Of a DNA stretch of 64,000 bases, positions 1-9,471 are shown one piece after another. The position numbers and the translations under genes were made by a program. The DNA is from a bacterium. GTDB taxonomy: Bacteria; UBA8248. Location: positions 3,776,001-3,840,000 of the forward strand of contig CBDBZU010000004.1 of assembly GCA_965213625.1 (NCBI GenBank). The letters run 5' to 3'. The notes below the pieces were generated by a model, which saw only the letters and a program-made list of their open reading frames with translations, was not told the origin of the DNA and ran no database searches. Each line of letters starts with the position of its first letter. The stretch's first letter is position 1.

Positions 1-542
1 GGCATCACCCGCTCGCCCCTGTATTCCTCGGGCGAGCGCACGTCGAGCAGCACCCTGCCCGGCGCGCCCAGTTTCTCGCGAATATCGTCCCTGCCCACGC
101 TCAGGACCTCTCCCCCATCCGGCGCGGGGTGAGAGACGGCCGCAGCATCCGGCGCCTCACTCGAGACGGGCATCCCGTCAGCAATCCACTTTTTCTTGGA
201 GCCGTCGAGCAGCTTCAGATTCGAGAAACCCGCCATCTTGAGGACCCAGAACGCATAGGTCCCGAACTGCACCGGATCGCCGTACAGGACGATTTCATCA
301 TCCGGGCCGATACCCATCCCGCCCAGACGCTCGGCCAACGCTTGGGGCGTGGCGAATGCGCGGTCCGTCTCGTGCCAGAGCGCCCCTTTCCAGAACCACC
401 AGTGCGCGCCCGGAACGTGGGCTTCGCGGTAGGAAGCGTCGTCGCCGGCGGATGAAACCTCGATGACGTGGAGACCCGGACTCCCCAGGCGTTCTGCGAG
501 CCACGCCGTCGAAACAAGGGCGGAATTATCAGTTTGCGTCAT
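1..542 (-). CDS. Sulfurtransferase (rhodanese, tandem-domain TST/MST family), truncated by window edge
   Basis: Not in ORF track (runs off the edge). Manual translation from ATG at 542: MTQTDNSALVSTAWLAERL...YREAHVPGA...MGIGPDDEIVLYGD...LKLLDGSKKKW...LLDVRSPEEYRGE, all typical rhodanese motifs. Confidence 0.9.
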   Translation of the reverse strand, partial: MTQTDNSALVSTAWLAERLGSPGLHVIEVSSAGDDASYREAHVPGAHWWFWKGALWHETDRAFATPQALAERLGGMGIGPDDEIVLYGDPVQFGTYAFWVLKMAGFSNLKLLDGSKKKWIADGMPVSSEAPDAAAVSHPAPDGGEVLSVGRDDIREKLGAPGRVLLDVRSPEEYRGERVM

Positions 543-648
543 GTCTAAATATCCTCACAAGAAAAAAGACTATGAAAAACGCGTCACGAAACGAGCTTTT
601 CCTATTGGAATACCCGATTCCTTCCCCAAAATCACTTCCCTTGGGCGT

Positions 649-971
649 CCCTCGATACGGCCCTTCGGGCCTACTCGGGATGAGGGGTATTTTGTTCGAA
701 ACGGGAGGGAGACAACCACATCTCTCAAACCTCTCCTTCACCCTGAGCAAAACGACCGCCTCCCCCGGACCAGCGCGAAATACCCTTCGCCCCAAGCAAA
801 ACGACCTCCTCCCCCCGACTGGCGCGAAATCCCCTTCGCCCCCATCCTGAGCAACACGGCCCCCCACCCAAGGAGACAGACAAAACTATCCCGATTGACT
901 TTACTCCCACCTCGAGCGACGCGACCTCCCATCCCTCACCCTGAGTAGCCGCGAAGCGGCGTATCGAAGGG
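649..971. repeat. Inverted doublet of the hairpin repeat family (R at 649-685, R' at 934-971) with degenerate ~48-bp tandem copies between
   Basis: CCCTCGATAC-GGCCC-TTC-GGGCC-TACTCGGGATGAGG and CCTCACCCTGAGTA-GCCGC-GAA-GCGGC-GTATCGAAGGG; same family as 11380-11513 and 19111-20311. Confidence 0.9.
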
Positions 972-1058
972 CGTCTGCCCGGAATGCGGGAACCACTCGA
1001 CCGTGCCTGCGCCGACCCATCACGCTCCGCCATCCAAGCACCCGTTTCCCGACAAAAA

Positions 1059-2483
1059 TCACCCGCCGCACATGGGTGGCTTCTTATTCCGTATATCCGG
1101 CGTGGCCTCTTCGAACGCATGGGACACCTGCAGCACGCGGGCCTCCTCCCAGGGCGGTCCCACGATCTGCACCGACACGGGCAGGCCGTCCGCGCTGAAG
1201 CCCGAAGGCGCAGACATGACCGGGAAACCGAACAGGTTGTAAGGGCCGGTCTGCGGTCTGCCGAGGCCCGTGAAGGAGAGCTCCTTCCCGTTCACCGTGC
1301 CCATCTCCGTCGCAATGAACCCCGCGGGGCAAGGATAGCCGGGCGCCAGGAATATATCGATCTCATCGAACACTTTTTCCATTTCGCGGGTGAGCGTGGG
1401 CCGTTCTCTCATAGCGCGCGCGTATTCATCCAGCGTAACGCGGCTCGATATCTCCAGGCGCTCGCGGACGTCGTCGCCGAATTTTTCGGGATTCGAAGCG
1501 AGTCGCTCGCGGTGAACCGACGCCAATTCGGCGCTGGCGATGATGCGCCGCACCTCTCTCATTCTATCCGCGTTCGGGTAACGCACATGGACGACCACGC
1601 CGCCCAGAGCCTTCATGGTCTCTATCGCATTCTCAAAGCCTTTCTGCACCGAAGCGTCGTTTTCCGGGAGATAGAGGTCCTCGCAGACGCCAAAACGCAT
1701 CCCCTTGACACCCTCGCCTATCAGGGCGCAGAAATCGGGCGTTTCGCGATCCTTGGAGCCGGCGTCCGTCGGGTCGTAGCCCGCCATGGCCTGCAGCATG
1801 ATGCCGCAATCGCGCGCCGTCCTCGCAAGCGGGCCGGCGTGGTCGAGAGTCGTAGAGTTCGGAAAAATGCCGCGAACACTCACGCGGCCGTAAGTCGGTT
1901 TCAAGCCCATCGTGCCGCATGCGCTCGCAGGCCCCCGGATAGAGCCGCCCGTATCGGTCCCCACTGCACCGGGGCACATGAAGGCCGCAACCGCCGCGCC
2001 CGAACCGCCGCTCGAACCGCCCGATACCCGCTCGGGATTCCAGGGATTGCGTGTAGGGCCGTAGTGGGGGTTCACGGTGGTGGAACCCGCCGCGAACTCG
2101 TGCGTATTGCATTTCCCGACGATGACGGCGCCCGCTTCTTTCAGCTTTCTCACGCACTCGGCATCCGCCGCCGGGACATTATCCGGGAAGAAACTCGACC
2201 CCTGCGTCGTGAGGACACCCGCGGTATCGATGATGTCCTTGATGCCGACCGGCACGCCGTGCAAAGGGCCGCGGTAGTGACCACCCTGAATCTCACTTTC
2301 CAACTTTGCCGCGTCCTCACGGGCCTCGTCCGCGCATACGGTGATGAACGCGTTGAGTTCGGGGTTCAGGGCCTCGATTTGCCGCAAATGCGCATCCACC
2401 ACTTCGCGCGGGGAGATTTCCCTGCTCTCGATCTGTTGGGCGAGTTCAGATATTGAAAGTAAATTCAGTCCATCGGCGCTCAT
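1059..2483 (-). CDS. Amidase signature family protein
   Basis: GPLHGVPVGIKD (catalytic Lys), GGSSGGSGAAVA, GTDTGGSIRGPAS; ATG 2483 preceded by GGAGG. Confidence 0.92.
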   Translation of the reverse strand: MSADGLNLLSISELAQQIESREISPREVVDAHLRQIEALNPELNAFITVCADEAREDAAKLESEIQGGHYRGPLHGVPVGIKDIIDTAGVLTTQGSSFFPDNVPAADAECVRKLKEAGAVIVGKCNTHEFAAGSTTVNPHYGPTRNPWNPERVSGGSSGGSGAAVAAFMCPGAVGTDTGGSIRGPASACGTMGLKPTYGRVSVRGIFPNSTTLDHAGPLARTARDCGIMLQAMAGYDPTDAGSKDRETPDFCALIGEGVKGMRFGVCEDLYLPENDASVQKGFENAIETMKALGGVVVHVRYPNADRMREVRRIIASAELASVHRERLASNPEKFGDDVRERLEISSRVTLDEYARAMRERPTLTREMEKVFDEIDIFLAPGYPCPAGFIATEMGTVNGKELSFTGLGRPQTGPYNLFGFPVMSAPSGFSADGLPVSVQIVGPPWEEARVLQVSHAFEEATPDIRNKKPPMCGG

Positions 2484-2761
2484 TTCCACCTCCATTCCAC
2501 CTGAGTGAATTACATTCCGCTTCCACCTGATTGATGAAACGCAAGCTTACCACGACGAGGCGGCTTTCGCTTTCTCCGGAGGAGTTTCTCTCCTCTTTCA
2601 GGTCCTACGTGCACCCGGGTTTTATAGCTCCAGTCGGATACGGCATCAGTAAGGTGCGAGAGCGTTTTGTAGTGGTAGCCCCCTCAGGGCTGCCCCACAG
2701 GTCACGACCTGTCCCGACCATTTATCCACCCCACAATTCGCGATTCTCCTCTATAAAATAA

Positions 2762-2840
2762 CGGGACGCATGTATGCGTCCCCTACGGAGCCATCGCCGT
2801 TCACGGATTTGCTGTCGGGGCCGCATATATGCGGCCCGTA
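2762..2840. repeat. GTAG-type REP-like palindrome pair
   Basis: GGGACGCATGTATGCGTCCCCTAC and GTCGGGGCCGCATATATGCGGCCCG; similar to 11794-11818. Confidence 0.7.
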
Positions 2841-3005
2841 TGGATAGGGACAACCCAGCAAAATCCCGACCCCTCAAGAAGCGCACTTGGCGGAGGCGCG
2901 CCGATTTGTTATGGATGATCCCACATAGATGACGTGAAAAGGTCTGCCCGCACCGTGAAAGCGGAAATCTTGGTGCGCAACCACTATCCCACGAGGTCAT
3001 CCCCC

Positions 3006-4157
3006 ATGAACGGCGATACTTACGACGCCCTGGTCATCGGCGGCGGTATCAATGGACTCTCGGCCCTTTATCACCTGAAACGGCTGGGCGCAGCGCGCGT
3101 CGGGCTGGTGGAGCGCTTTGAGATCGGCCACGACCGGGGCAGTTCGCACGGCGCGGCCCGCGTCACGAGAAGCGCCTACATCGCGCCTGAATACGTGCGC
3201 CTGATGCAGTGGGTTCACGCCGAAGAATGGCCAAGGCTCGAAAAAGACTTAAGAAAAAAACTCGTCTATTCCAATCCCGGCATCTTCACCGGGCCTCCTT
3301 CCAAGCGTTTCGAGCGCTACATCAACGCTGTGGCCCAAGAGGGCGTGGACGTGGAACTCCTCTCTGCGGACGAGGCGCGGGATCGGTTTCCCCAGTTCAG
3401 CTTCGAGAACGCCGAGTGCGCCCTGCTGGACAATACGGGGGGCTACATCGCCTCGAAAGAAGCCATCGACTCGCTCGCCGCCCTGGCGCGTGAAAGCGGC
3501 GTGATCGTCCATGAGAACACCGTCGTCCACGAAATCGACCCGGCGGCTGACCCCGTGCGGGTCGAAACGAGTGGGGGGACTCTCGAGGCTGGGCGCCTCG
3601 TCGTGGCGGCGGGGCCGTGGGCGCGTGATCTGTTGCCGTTCCTGAAGCCAAAACTCAACGTCGCCCGCCAGACTGTTGCGTACTTCACGCCCGAGGACGA
3701 CCTGGAAGCATTCCGGCCCGGACGATTTCCGGTGTGGGTGTACATGGAGCAGGACGAGAACCATCTTTTTTACGGTATGCCCGAATTCGGCCGCCCGGGC
3801 GTCAAGGTGGGCCACCACATCAGAATCGGGGTGGATGACGATCCGGACAACCCGCCCGACGCCATCGAGCAGGAAAAGATAGACGATCTGGAGCGCTTCC
3901 TGCCGACTTTCTTCACCTGCAAGAAATGGACGCTCGCGGGCGCTGAGAATTGTCTTTACACAAACGCGCCGAATGAGGATTTCATAATCGACTTACACCC
4001 AGAGAACCCGCGTATCGCGTTCGGCGCTGGCTTCTCGGGCCACGGATTCAAGTTCGGCCCCCTCACGGGAAGGCTCCTGGCCGAACTGGCGTGGGAGGGT
4101 GAAACGTCCATACCCGACGCCGAACTGGCGAGGCGCCTTTTTTCACTCAAGAAATAA
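3006..4157 (+). CDS. solA: N-methyl-L-tryptophan oxidase / monomeric sarcosine oxidase family flavoprotein
   Basis: GGGINGLS dinucleotide fold, HDRGSSHGAARVTR, CLYT (covalent FAD Cys), GFSGHGFKFGP. Confidence 0.85.
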   Translation: MNGDTYDALVIGGGINGLSALYHLKRLGAARVGLVERFEIGHDRGSSHGAARVTRSAYIAPEYVRLMQWVHAEEWPRLEKDLRKKLVYSNPGIFTGPPSKRFERYINAVAQEGVDVELLSADEARDRFPQFSFENAECALLDNTGGYIASKEAIDSLAALARESGVIVHENTVVHEIDPAADPVRVETSGGTLEAGRLVVAAGPWARDLLPFLKPKLNVARQTVAYFTPEDDLEAFRPGRFPVWVYMEQDENHLFYGMPEFGRPGVKVGHHIRIGVDDDPDNPPDAIEQEKIDDLERFLPTFFTCKKWTLAGAENCLYTNAPNEDFIIDLHPENPRIAFGAGFSGHGFKFGPLTGRLLAELAWEGETSIPDAELARRLFSLKK

Positions 4158-4313
4158 GGCTTTATCTCTCCTGATGAGGGTCCGCGTCCCTCCTGCGGTG
4201 TCGGGTATGGACACCCTCAAAGCGAACACAGGAAAACAATCAGAGCCGCACGTTAGACACTCCCTGAAATTCCGTCGCACATCCCTAAAATTTCGAGATT
4301 TCCGATTTTTCTC

Positions 4314-4360
4314 TTGACAAGAAGAGGTTTCTGATAGATAGTTAATTATTAGTTAACTAT
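4314..4360 (+). promoter_or_regulatory. Sigma70-like promoter with overlapping palindromic operator
   Basis: TTGACA (4314-4319), 17 nt, GATAGT; perfect inverted repeat ATAGTTAA-N7-TTAACTAT at 4338-4360 in an AT-rich patch. Confidence 0.6.
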
Positions 4361-4374
4361 ATATACATCGCATT

Positions 4375-4551
4375 AACTTCATGGCTGGTTTTGGGTGATT
4401 CGCAAGTTGGAGGACTTGCAAGCAGGCCAGATTGGCCGCCCAATATGAAATAGCCGTGAGAAGATAAAATATGTCCCGCCCCGCCACCCCGTTATCGCCG
4501 TATTACCCCCACGATCCGGCGACCGATGCGGGTGGCGGGGCGGCGGTTTTT
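4375..4551 (+). ncRNA. Candidate structured non-coding RNA, family not recognised
   Basis: Multi-stem fold with G-U pairs only on the + strand, then a 14-bp perfect GC stem (4476-4489/4530-4543) and T-tract; lies downstream of a promoter between convergent genes. Confidence 0.4.
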
Positions 4552-4560
4552 CCGAAAGCC

Positions 4561-5385
4561 TTATGACGCCCCATCCGCAATGAGCGCCCTCAGATTCTCA
4601 GCAGCCAGCCTCGCCGCCGTCTGAATGTCGGGCTTTGAGACGATCTGGCACGTCAGGTATCCGTCATACCCTATCGAGCGTAGCGCCCCAATGATTTCGC
4701 CAAAGGGAATGTGCCCGCCGCCGGGATAGTAGCGGTTATTCTCGGCGATGTGCATGTGGCCCAGAAGCTCTCTCGATTCCAGTATGGGAGCCGTGAACGA
4801 CGCTTCATCCACGTTCATGTGGTAGGTGTCGAGCATGAGCACGAACGCCTCGTGGTCGAGTTCCCGGCAAAGCGCCACGCCTTCGGCAGCCGTAGTCACG
4901 TTGTTGATCCAGTGGCTGCACAAGGGTTCGAGATAGAGCCTGGCCCCCCGCGAGGCGGCTTCATCCGAAAGACCCAATAGCGCGTCGCGCATCCAGCGGA
5001 GAGAATCATCGCGCCGCTCATCCTCACAGAGATTCCCGCGCGAGGAGCCGATCACCATGCCGCAACCGAATCTCTGCGCCATATCGAGCGCGTCCAGGTG
5101 GCGGCGGTAGGACACGTCTCTAATCTCGGGCACGGGGTGGCACAGCCATATCCTGTCCTGAAAGCCCATGGCTGCGGTGTGGATCATCGAGACGGAGAGT
5201 CCCCGGCTATTGATTTGCTTCTCTATCTCGCCCAAATCGAGTTCATCGGGTTTTCGCACCGAAAGCTCCACCGCCTCGAAACCCGCCTCGGCCACGCAGT
5301 CCAGGTTTCCCGCCAGAGTGCCCTGCGCACTGGGGAGGTTGGGCGTGGAAATATCCGGCGTGGCGATCTGGTAGCTCAGTTTCAC
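4561..5385 (-). CDS. Sugar phosphate isomerase/epimerase (xylose isomerase-like TIM barrel, AP endonuclease 2 fold)
   Basis: GFEAVEL, LYLEPL, LDTYHMNVDE, HMHIAENNRYYPGGG, IGYDGY motifs. Confidence 0.85.
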   Translation of the reverse strand: MKLSYQIATPDISTPNLPSAQGTLAGNLDCVAEAGFEAVELSVRKPDELDLGEIEKQINSRGLSVSMIHTAAMGFQDRIWLCHPVPEIRDVSYRRHLDALDMAQRFGCGMVIGSSRGNLCEDERRDDSLRWMRDALLGLSDEAASRGARLYLEPLCSHWINNVTTAAEGVALCRELDHEAFVLMLDTYHMNVDEASFTAPILESRELLGHMHIAENNRYYPGGGHIPFGEIIGALRSIGYDGYLTCQIVSKPDIQTAARLAAENLRALIADGAS

Positions 5386-5387
5386 AA

Positions 5388-5840
5388 TTAAAGCTCCTCT
5401 GTATTCATCGCGCCCCAGAATGCGGCGCGGTGCGGCGTTATCTCTATCATCCAGGCGTGGATTGTGATGGGGCCACGGTACTGCGCGTATTTCTGCCGGA
5501 GAAGCGCCGCCGCCGCCTCATACGCCGCAGCGTCCGCCTCGGCGTGGATGACCCGCGCGCTCCCGAAGATGAGAGCGAAACCGAGTTTCGCCCAGTCATC
5601 CTCGTAGTGATCCACCAGAAATGTGACCTGCGGGTTCTCGCGGATATTATCGAGCCTTTTGAGCCGCTCGATGTCTTTTTTCTGCTTGCCGTCCACAGGC
5701 ACGTAAATTTTCCCGTCCACGACGGCGAAAACGACGGGAACGACGTGCGGCGCGGCATCCCTGCTCGCCGTCGCCAGCCGCGCCACGCGCGCACGCTCCA
5801 CGAACGCCCAGGCGTCACCTGAGAGCAGAGGCTTCGTCAT
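5388..5840 (-). CDS. PPOX-class probable F420-dependent oxidoreductase (TIGR03668-like)
   Basis: ARVARLATA...PHVVPVVFA...VDGKQK...RLDNIRENPQVTFLVDHYEDDW; real start ATG 5840 overlaps upstream stop (ATGA). Confidence 0.85.
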   Translation of the reverse strand: MTKPLLSGDAWAFVERARVARLATASRDAAPHVVPVVFAVVDGKIYVPVDGKQKKDIERLKRLDNIRENPQVTFLVDHYEDDWAKLGFALIFGSARVIHAEADAAAYEAAAALLRQKYAQYRGPITIHAWMIEITPHRAAFWGAMNTEEL

Positions 5841-7381
5841 TCCGCCTCCCCGTAGCCCCCGCCGCCCGGCGTGATGAGCGTGAGGGTATCGCCCGGCTCC
5901 ATGTCGGTGGTGCCCTTGGGGTCGATTTCTTGCTCGTTGATGCGCACCTGCCCCCGCCCGCCTTGCCCGCCGCCGAACAGGCCAGGTGCTGCCGATTTCG
6001 TGCGCTCGGCCATGAACGAGACAGTGATGCGCGCGGGCGAATCGTTGCGGAAGACGATGCGCTGCCCGCAGCCGCCCCGGAACTGCCCGGCGCCGCCGGA
6101 ATCTCTCAGTATCGTCTTCTCGATGAGCGTGAAGGGCGTGATGCGCTCGATGACCTCTATGGGCGTGTGGGAGACGTTGCTGGGATAGCTCAGGCACGCA
6201 TGCCCGTCTCCGCGCCCGGTGGCGCCCGTGCCCCCGTTCTGGAAGAAGAGCCCGGCCGTCCGCACCCCGCGCTTGTCCAGCCCCGTATAGTTCACGCACC
6301 AGAGCGGAGAGCCGCTCGCCGCGGGCACCTCCTCGGGGATGACGGGTGCGAGCGCCTCGAAAACGGCGGCGGGCAGATAGTGGCCCACCAGCATCCGGCC
6401 GCCTCCCGCGGCGGGATGGAGCGGCTCCAGGATGCTGCCCGGCTCCGTCCGCACGTCGATGGGCCTGAAACACCCCTCGTTGTTGGGAACCTCGGGGCAC
6501 AGGACGCACTTGATGGGGTAGACCGAATAGGCATAGGTGTAGTTGTAGGCCACGTTCACGGCGCGGTCGACCTGGGGCGAGGAGCCCGCATAGTCGATCA
6601 CCAAGGAATCGCCTGTCTTCTCGATTCTCGTCCGCACCCGTATGGGTTCGGCAAGTCCGTCGGTCTCGATCTCGGACACGAATTCCCCGTCGGGCAGACG
6701 GCGCAGGGCGTCGCGCATGGCTTTCTCCGAGCGTCCCTGTATCTCCTTCGTCAGCGCGCGCAAATCATCGAGACCGTATTCATCCAGCAGATCGCCGAGG
6801 CGCTTTTCCGCCAGGCGGTTCGCCGTGAGCTGGGCGTTGATGTCGCCCATCACCAGGTCGGGCACGCGCACGTTGTAGCGGATGAGGTCGATGAGCGTCT
6901 GGTCGGGCTCGCCGCGCCGGTACATCTTCATCATCGGGATCTGGAGGCCCTCCTCGTAGACCTCCCTCGGGTCGGGGGAGCGGATTTTTCCGCCGATATC
7001 CGGCAGATGGGCCGTGCTGGCCGAGAAGCCGATGAATTTGTTTCGGTAGAACACGGGCTTCACGATGTTCACGTCGGGGAGATGGCCCGTTCCGTACCAG
7101 ATGTCGTTGGTGATGAGGATGTCGCCGGGCTCTAAAGTTTCGGGCGGAAACGCTCTTAAGAAATGGCGAACCGTTATCGGCAGGGTGCCGATGAACGAGG
7201 CGATGCTGGCGGAGGACTGCACGAGGGAGTGGCCCTGATCGTCGGTGATCACACAGGAGAAATCGTTCGATTCGCGCACCAAAGTCGAGAAAGAGGTGCG
7301 CACCAGCGTCGCCGCCGCCTCGTCCACGATGCCGATGAGGCGCCGCCAGAGCACTTCCAGCGTGATGGGATCGAACGACAT
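5837..7381 (-). CDS. Hydantoinase B / oxoprolinase family protein
   Basis: DPITLEVLW, RTSFSTLVRESNDFS, ND...GHLPD, HLPDIGG, EEGLQIP, TPGGGGYG. Confidence 0.92.
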   Translation of the reverse strand: MSFDPITLEVLWRRLIGIVDEAAATLVRTSFSTLVRESNDFSCVITDDQGHSLVQSSASIASFIGTLPITVRHFLRAFPPETLEPGDILITNDIWYGTGHLPDVNIVKPVFYRNKFIGFSASTAHLPDIGGKIRSPDPREVYEEGLQIPMMKMYRRGEPDQTLIDLIRYNVRVPDLVMGDINAQLTANRLAEKRLGDLLDEYGLDDLRALTKEIQGRSEKAMRDALRRLPDGEFVSEIETDGLAEPIRVRTRIEKTGDSLVIDYAGSSPQVDRAVNVAYNYTYAYSVYPIKCVLCPEVPNNEGCFRPIDVRTEPGSILEPLHPAAGGGRMLVGHYLPAAVFEALAPVIPEEVPAASGSPLWCVNYTGLDKRGVRTAGLFFQNGGTGATGRGDGHACLSYPSNVSHTPIEVIERITPFTLIEKTILRDSGGAGQFRGGCGQRIVFRNDSPARITVSFMAERTKSAAPGLFGGGQGGRGQVRINEQEIDPKGTTDMEPGDTLTLITPGGGGYGEAE

Positions 7382-9471
7382 TATCCGTTCACCTCGATGA
7401 CGATGTGGCCGCCCGCATCTTTCCGAAAACGCGCGTCTTCGGGCACCACGATGGTGGATTCACGCTCCTCGACGATGGCGGGGCCGGAGAATTCCTGCCC
7501 GGCGGGCAGCGAATACCGATGATACACGCGCGCCTCACCGAAACCACGCTCGGGACCCGCGTATATCTTTCTCCTCCCCTTATCGAATTCCGCCTCGTCC
7601 GTGAGCGGCGCGACGTCCATGCCTTGAGGACCCGGCCCCAGCATCGTCAGCCGCCACGCGGCCACCTCTGCCGCCACGTTCTCGATTTTTCTCAAATACC
7701 GCCGCTCATAGGCGCGCTCGAAGGACTCCTGCATATGTGCGCTATCGCGAACCGGCATCCCGCCCGCCTCGGGCAAGGGGACGCTCACCGTATCCGTCTG
7801 CCCCCGGTAGCGCATGTCGGCTGCGCACAGAAACTCCCAGCGTCCGTCCACGCCGATTCTATCGCCCAGGGAATCCTTCATCTGAGCGGCCATCTCCCGG
7901 TACAACGCCTCGACACACGTCCAGTCGACGGCATCCACGTCGGACACCAGGACGCGGACAGCGTCCGCCCTCGGCCTTGCCGCCAGAAGGCCGGCCGCCG
8001 ATGCCACGCCCACGTCCGGCGGGCAGACGATACGGCGGATGTAGAGTTTTTTCGCCATGTGGCAGGCATGAAGCGGTGCGGCCCCGCCCGTGGCGATCAA
8101 GGCGTAGTTCCTGGGGTCGCCCCCTTTTTCGGCGATGTGCACGCGCGCGGCGCTCGCCATCTGCTCTGTGATGATCTCATAAATGCCCCACGCCGCATCC
8201 TCGATGCGCATGTCCAGCTTACCGGCCAGGGACGATACGGCCTCTCGCGCTCGTTCTGCGTCTAGCCGCATGGCGCCGCCCAGGAAAAAATCGGGATTGA
8301 GATAGCCCAGGAGCAGGTTCGCATCCGTAACGGTGGGCTTAACGCCACCCTGGGCGTAGCAGGCGGGCCCCGGCATCGCGCCAGCACTCTGGGGACCGAC
8401 CCGGATCAGCCCCAGGTCGCTTATCTGCGCGATGCTCCCGCCGCCCGCGCCAATCTCGACCAGATCCACCGTGGGCGAGAGGATGGGCAGTCCGCTCCCC
8501 TTTTGGAACCTCGATGTCCGCGCCACCTCGAAGCGGTTCTCCGTCGCGGGTTCGCCGTCTTCGATCAGACAGATCTTGGCCGTGGTGCCGCCCATATCGA
8601 ATCCCAGGGCGTGGGCCTCGCCCAGTGAGCGGGCGATTTGCGCCGCCGCGAGCGCGCCGCCCGCAGGCCCCGACTCGATGATGCGCACCGGATGCTCGCG
8701 CACGCTGTCAATCGTGGCGAAGCCGGAATTGGAGAGCATGATGAAGAGATCGCCCGCGAAGCCCAAATCCCGCAGGCTGGCGAGCAGGCGCGTCAGGTAC
8801 GCATCGGCGATGGGCCGCACGTAGGCGTTCGCCGCCGTGGTGGAGGTGCGCTCGTACTCACCCGTCTCCGGGGCCACCTCGGATGAGATGGAAACGGGCA
8901 TATCGCCCGCGACTTGCTCGATGGCCGCCTGAGCCGCCCTTTCGTTCGCAGGATTCACGGGCGCATGGAGGAACGATACGGCGATGGATTCCGCCCCCAG
9001 CTTGAGGAGTCTTTCCGCCTCGCGCTTCACGGCCTCTACGTCCAGAGCGGCCACCACCTCGCCATCCACGTGGACGCGTTCGGGCGCCTCGGCCCGCAAC
9101 TCCCCGGGAACAAGCGGCTCGGGCATCTCCTGGTGCAGGTCGTACAGGTCGAAGCGCTTCTCACGGCCGATCTCGATGACGTCTGAGAACCCCTTTGTGG
9201 TGATGAGGCCCGTGCGCGCTCCCTTTCTCTCGATAAGCGCGTTGGTGATAAGGGTGGTGGCGTGCACGATGCTCGCGAGGCCGGACGCTTCAAGGCCTGC
9301 GGACTTTAATATGTTTTGAAAACCTGTAAGCGTGCCCTCGGCGGGATCATCGGGCGTGGTCAGCACTTTGGCGATATGGACCGCGCCGCGCGCCTCGTCG
9401 ATGAGCACGAGGTCGGTGAACGTGCCCCCGATGTCTATCCCTAAGCGAATTTTCATATTTTTACTCATCAT
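7381..9471 (-). CDS. Hydantoinase A / oxoprolinase family protein (ATP-dependent subunit)
   Basis: GIDIGGTFTD, HATTLITNA, ESGPAGG, DMGGTTAK, IGAGGGSIA, PTVTDANL. Confidence 0.93.
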   Translation of the reverse strand: MMSKNMKIRLGIDIGGTFTDLVLIDEARGAVHIAKVLTTPDDPAEGTLTGFQNILKSAGLEASGLASIVHATTLITNALIERKGARTGLITTKGFSDVIEIGREKRFDLYDLHQEMPEPLVPGELRAEAPERVHVDGEVVAALDVEAVKREAERLLKLGAESIAVSFLHAPVNPANERAAQAAIEQVAGDMPVSISSEVAPETGEYERTSTTAANAYVRPIADAYLTRLLASLRDLGFAGDLFIMLSNSGFATIDSVREHPVRIIESGPAGGALAAAQIARSLGEAHALGFDMGGTTAKICLIEDGEPATENRFEVARTSRFQKGSGLPILSPTVDLVEIGAGGGSIAQISDLGLIRVGPQSAGAMPGPACYAQGGVKPTVTDANLLLGYLNPDFFLGGAMRLDAERAREAVSSLAGKLDMRIEDAAWGIYEIITEQMASAARVHIAEKGGDPRNYALIATGGAAPLHACHMAKKLYIRRIVCPPDVGVASAAGLLAARPRADAVRVLVSDVDAVDWTCVEALYREMAAQMKDSLGDRIGVDGRWEFLCAADMRYRGQTDTVSVPLPEAGGMPVRDSAHMQESFERAYERRYLRKIENVAAEVAAWRLTMLGPGPQGMDVAPLTDEAEFDKGRRKIYAGPERGFGEARVYHRYSLPAGQEFSGPAIVEERESTIVVPEDARFRKDAGGHIVIEVNG

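Noticed and set aside
572-948. Short ORFs over repeat regions (also 11339-11847, 19707-19907, 20165-20362, 38203-38662)
   Set aside because: They are translations of palindromic repeats (recurrent PSIRGFAATQ and SIRAFGPTRDE peptides), not genes.
984-2456. Long antisense ORFs (also 5930-7135, 17546-18613, 37023-38348, 59997-61220)
   Set aside because: Shadow frames opposite well-supported genes in GC-rich DNA; no recognisable motifs.
1059-2483. gatA call for the amidase
   Set aside because: No gatB or gatC adjacent and no GatA-specific motifs recognised; treated as a general amidase.
5841-6509. N-terminal extension of ORF 5388-6509 (likewise 30761-30922 and 62568-62645)
   Set aside because: Overlaps upstream genes in another frame; true starts are at coupled ATGs 5840, 30760 and 62567.
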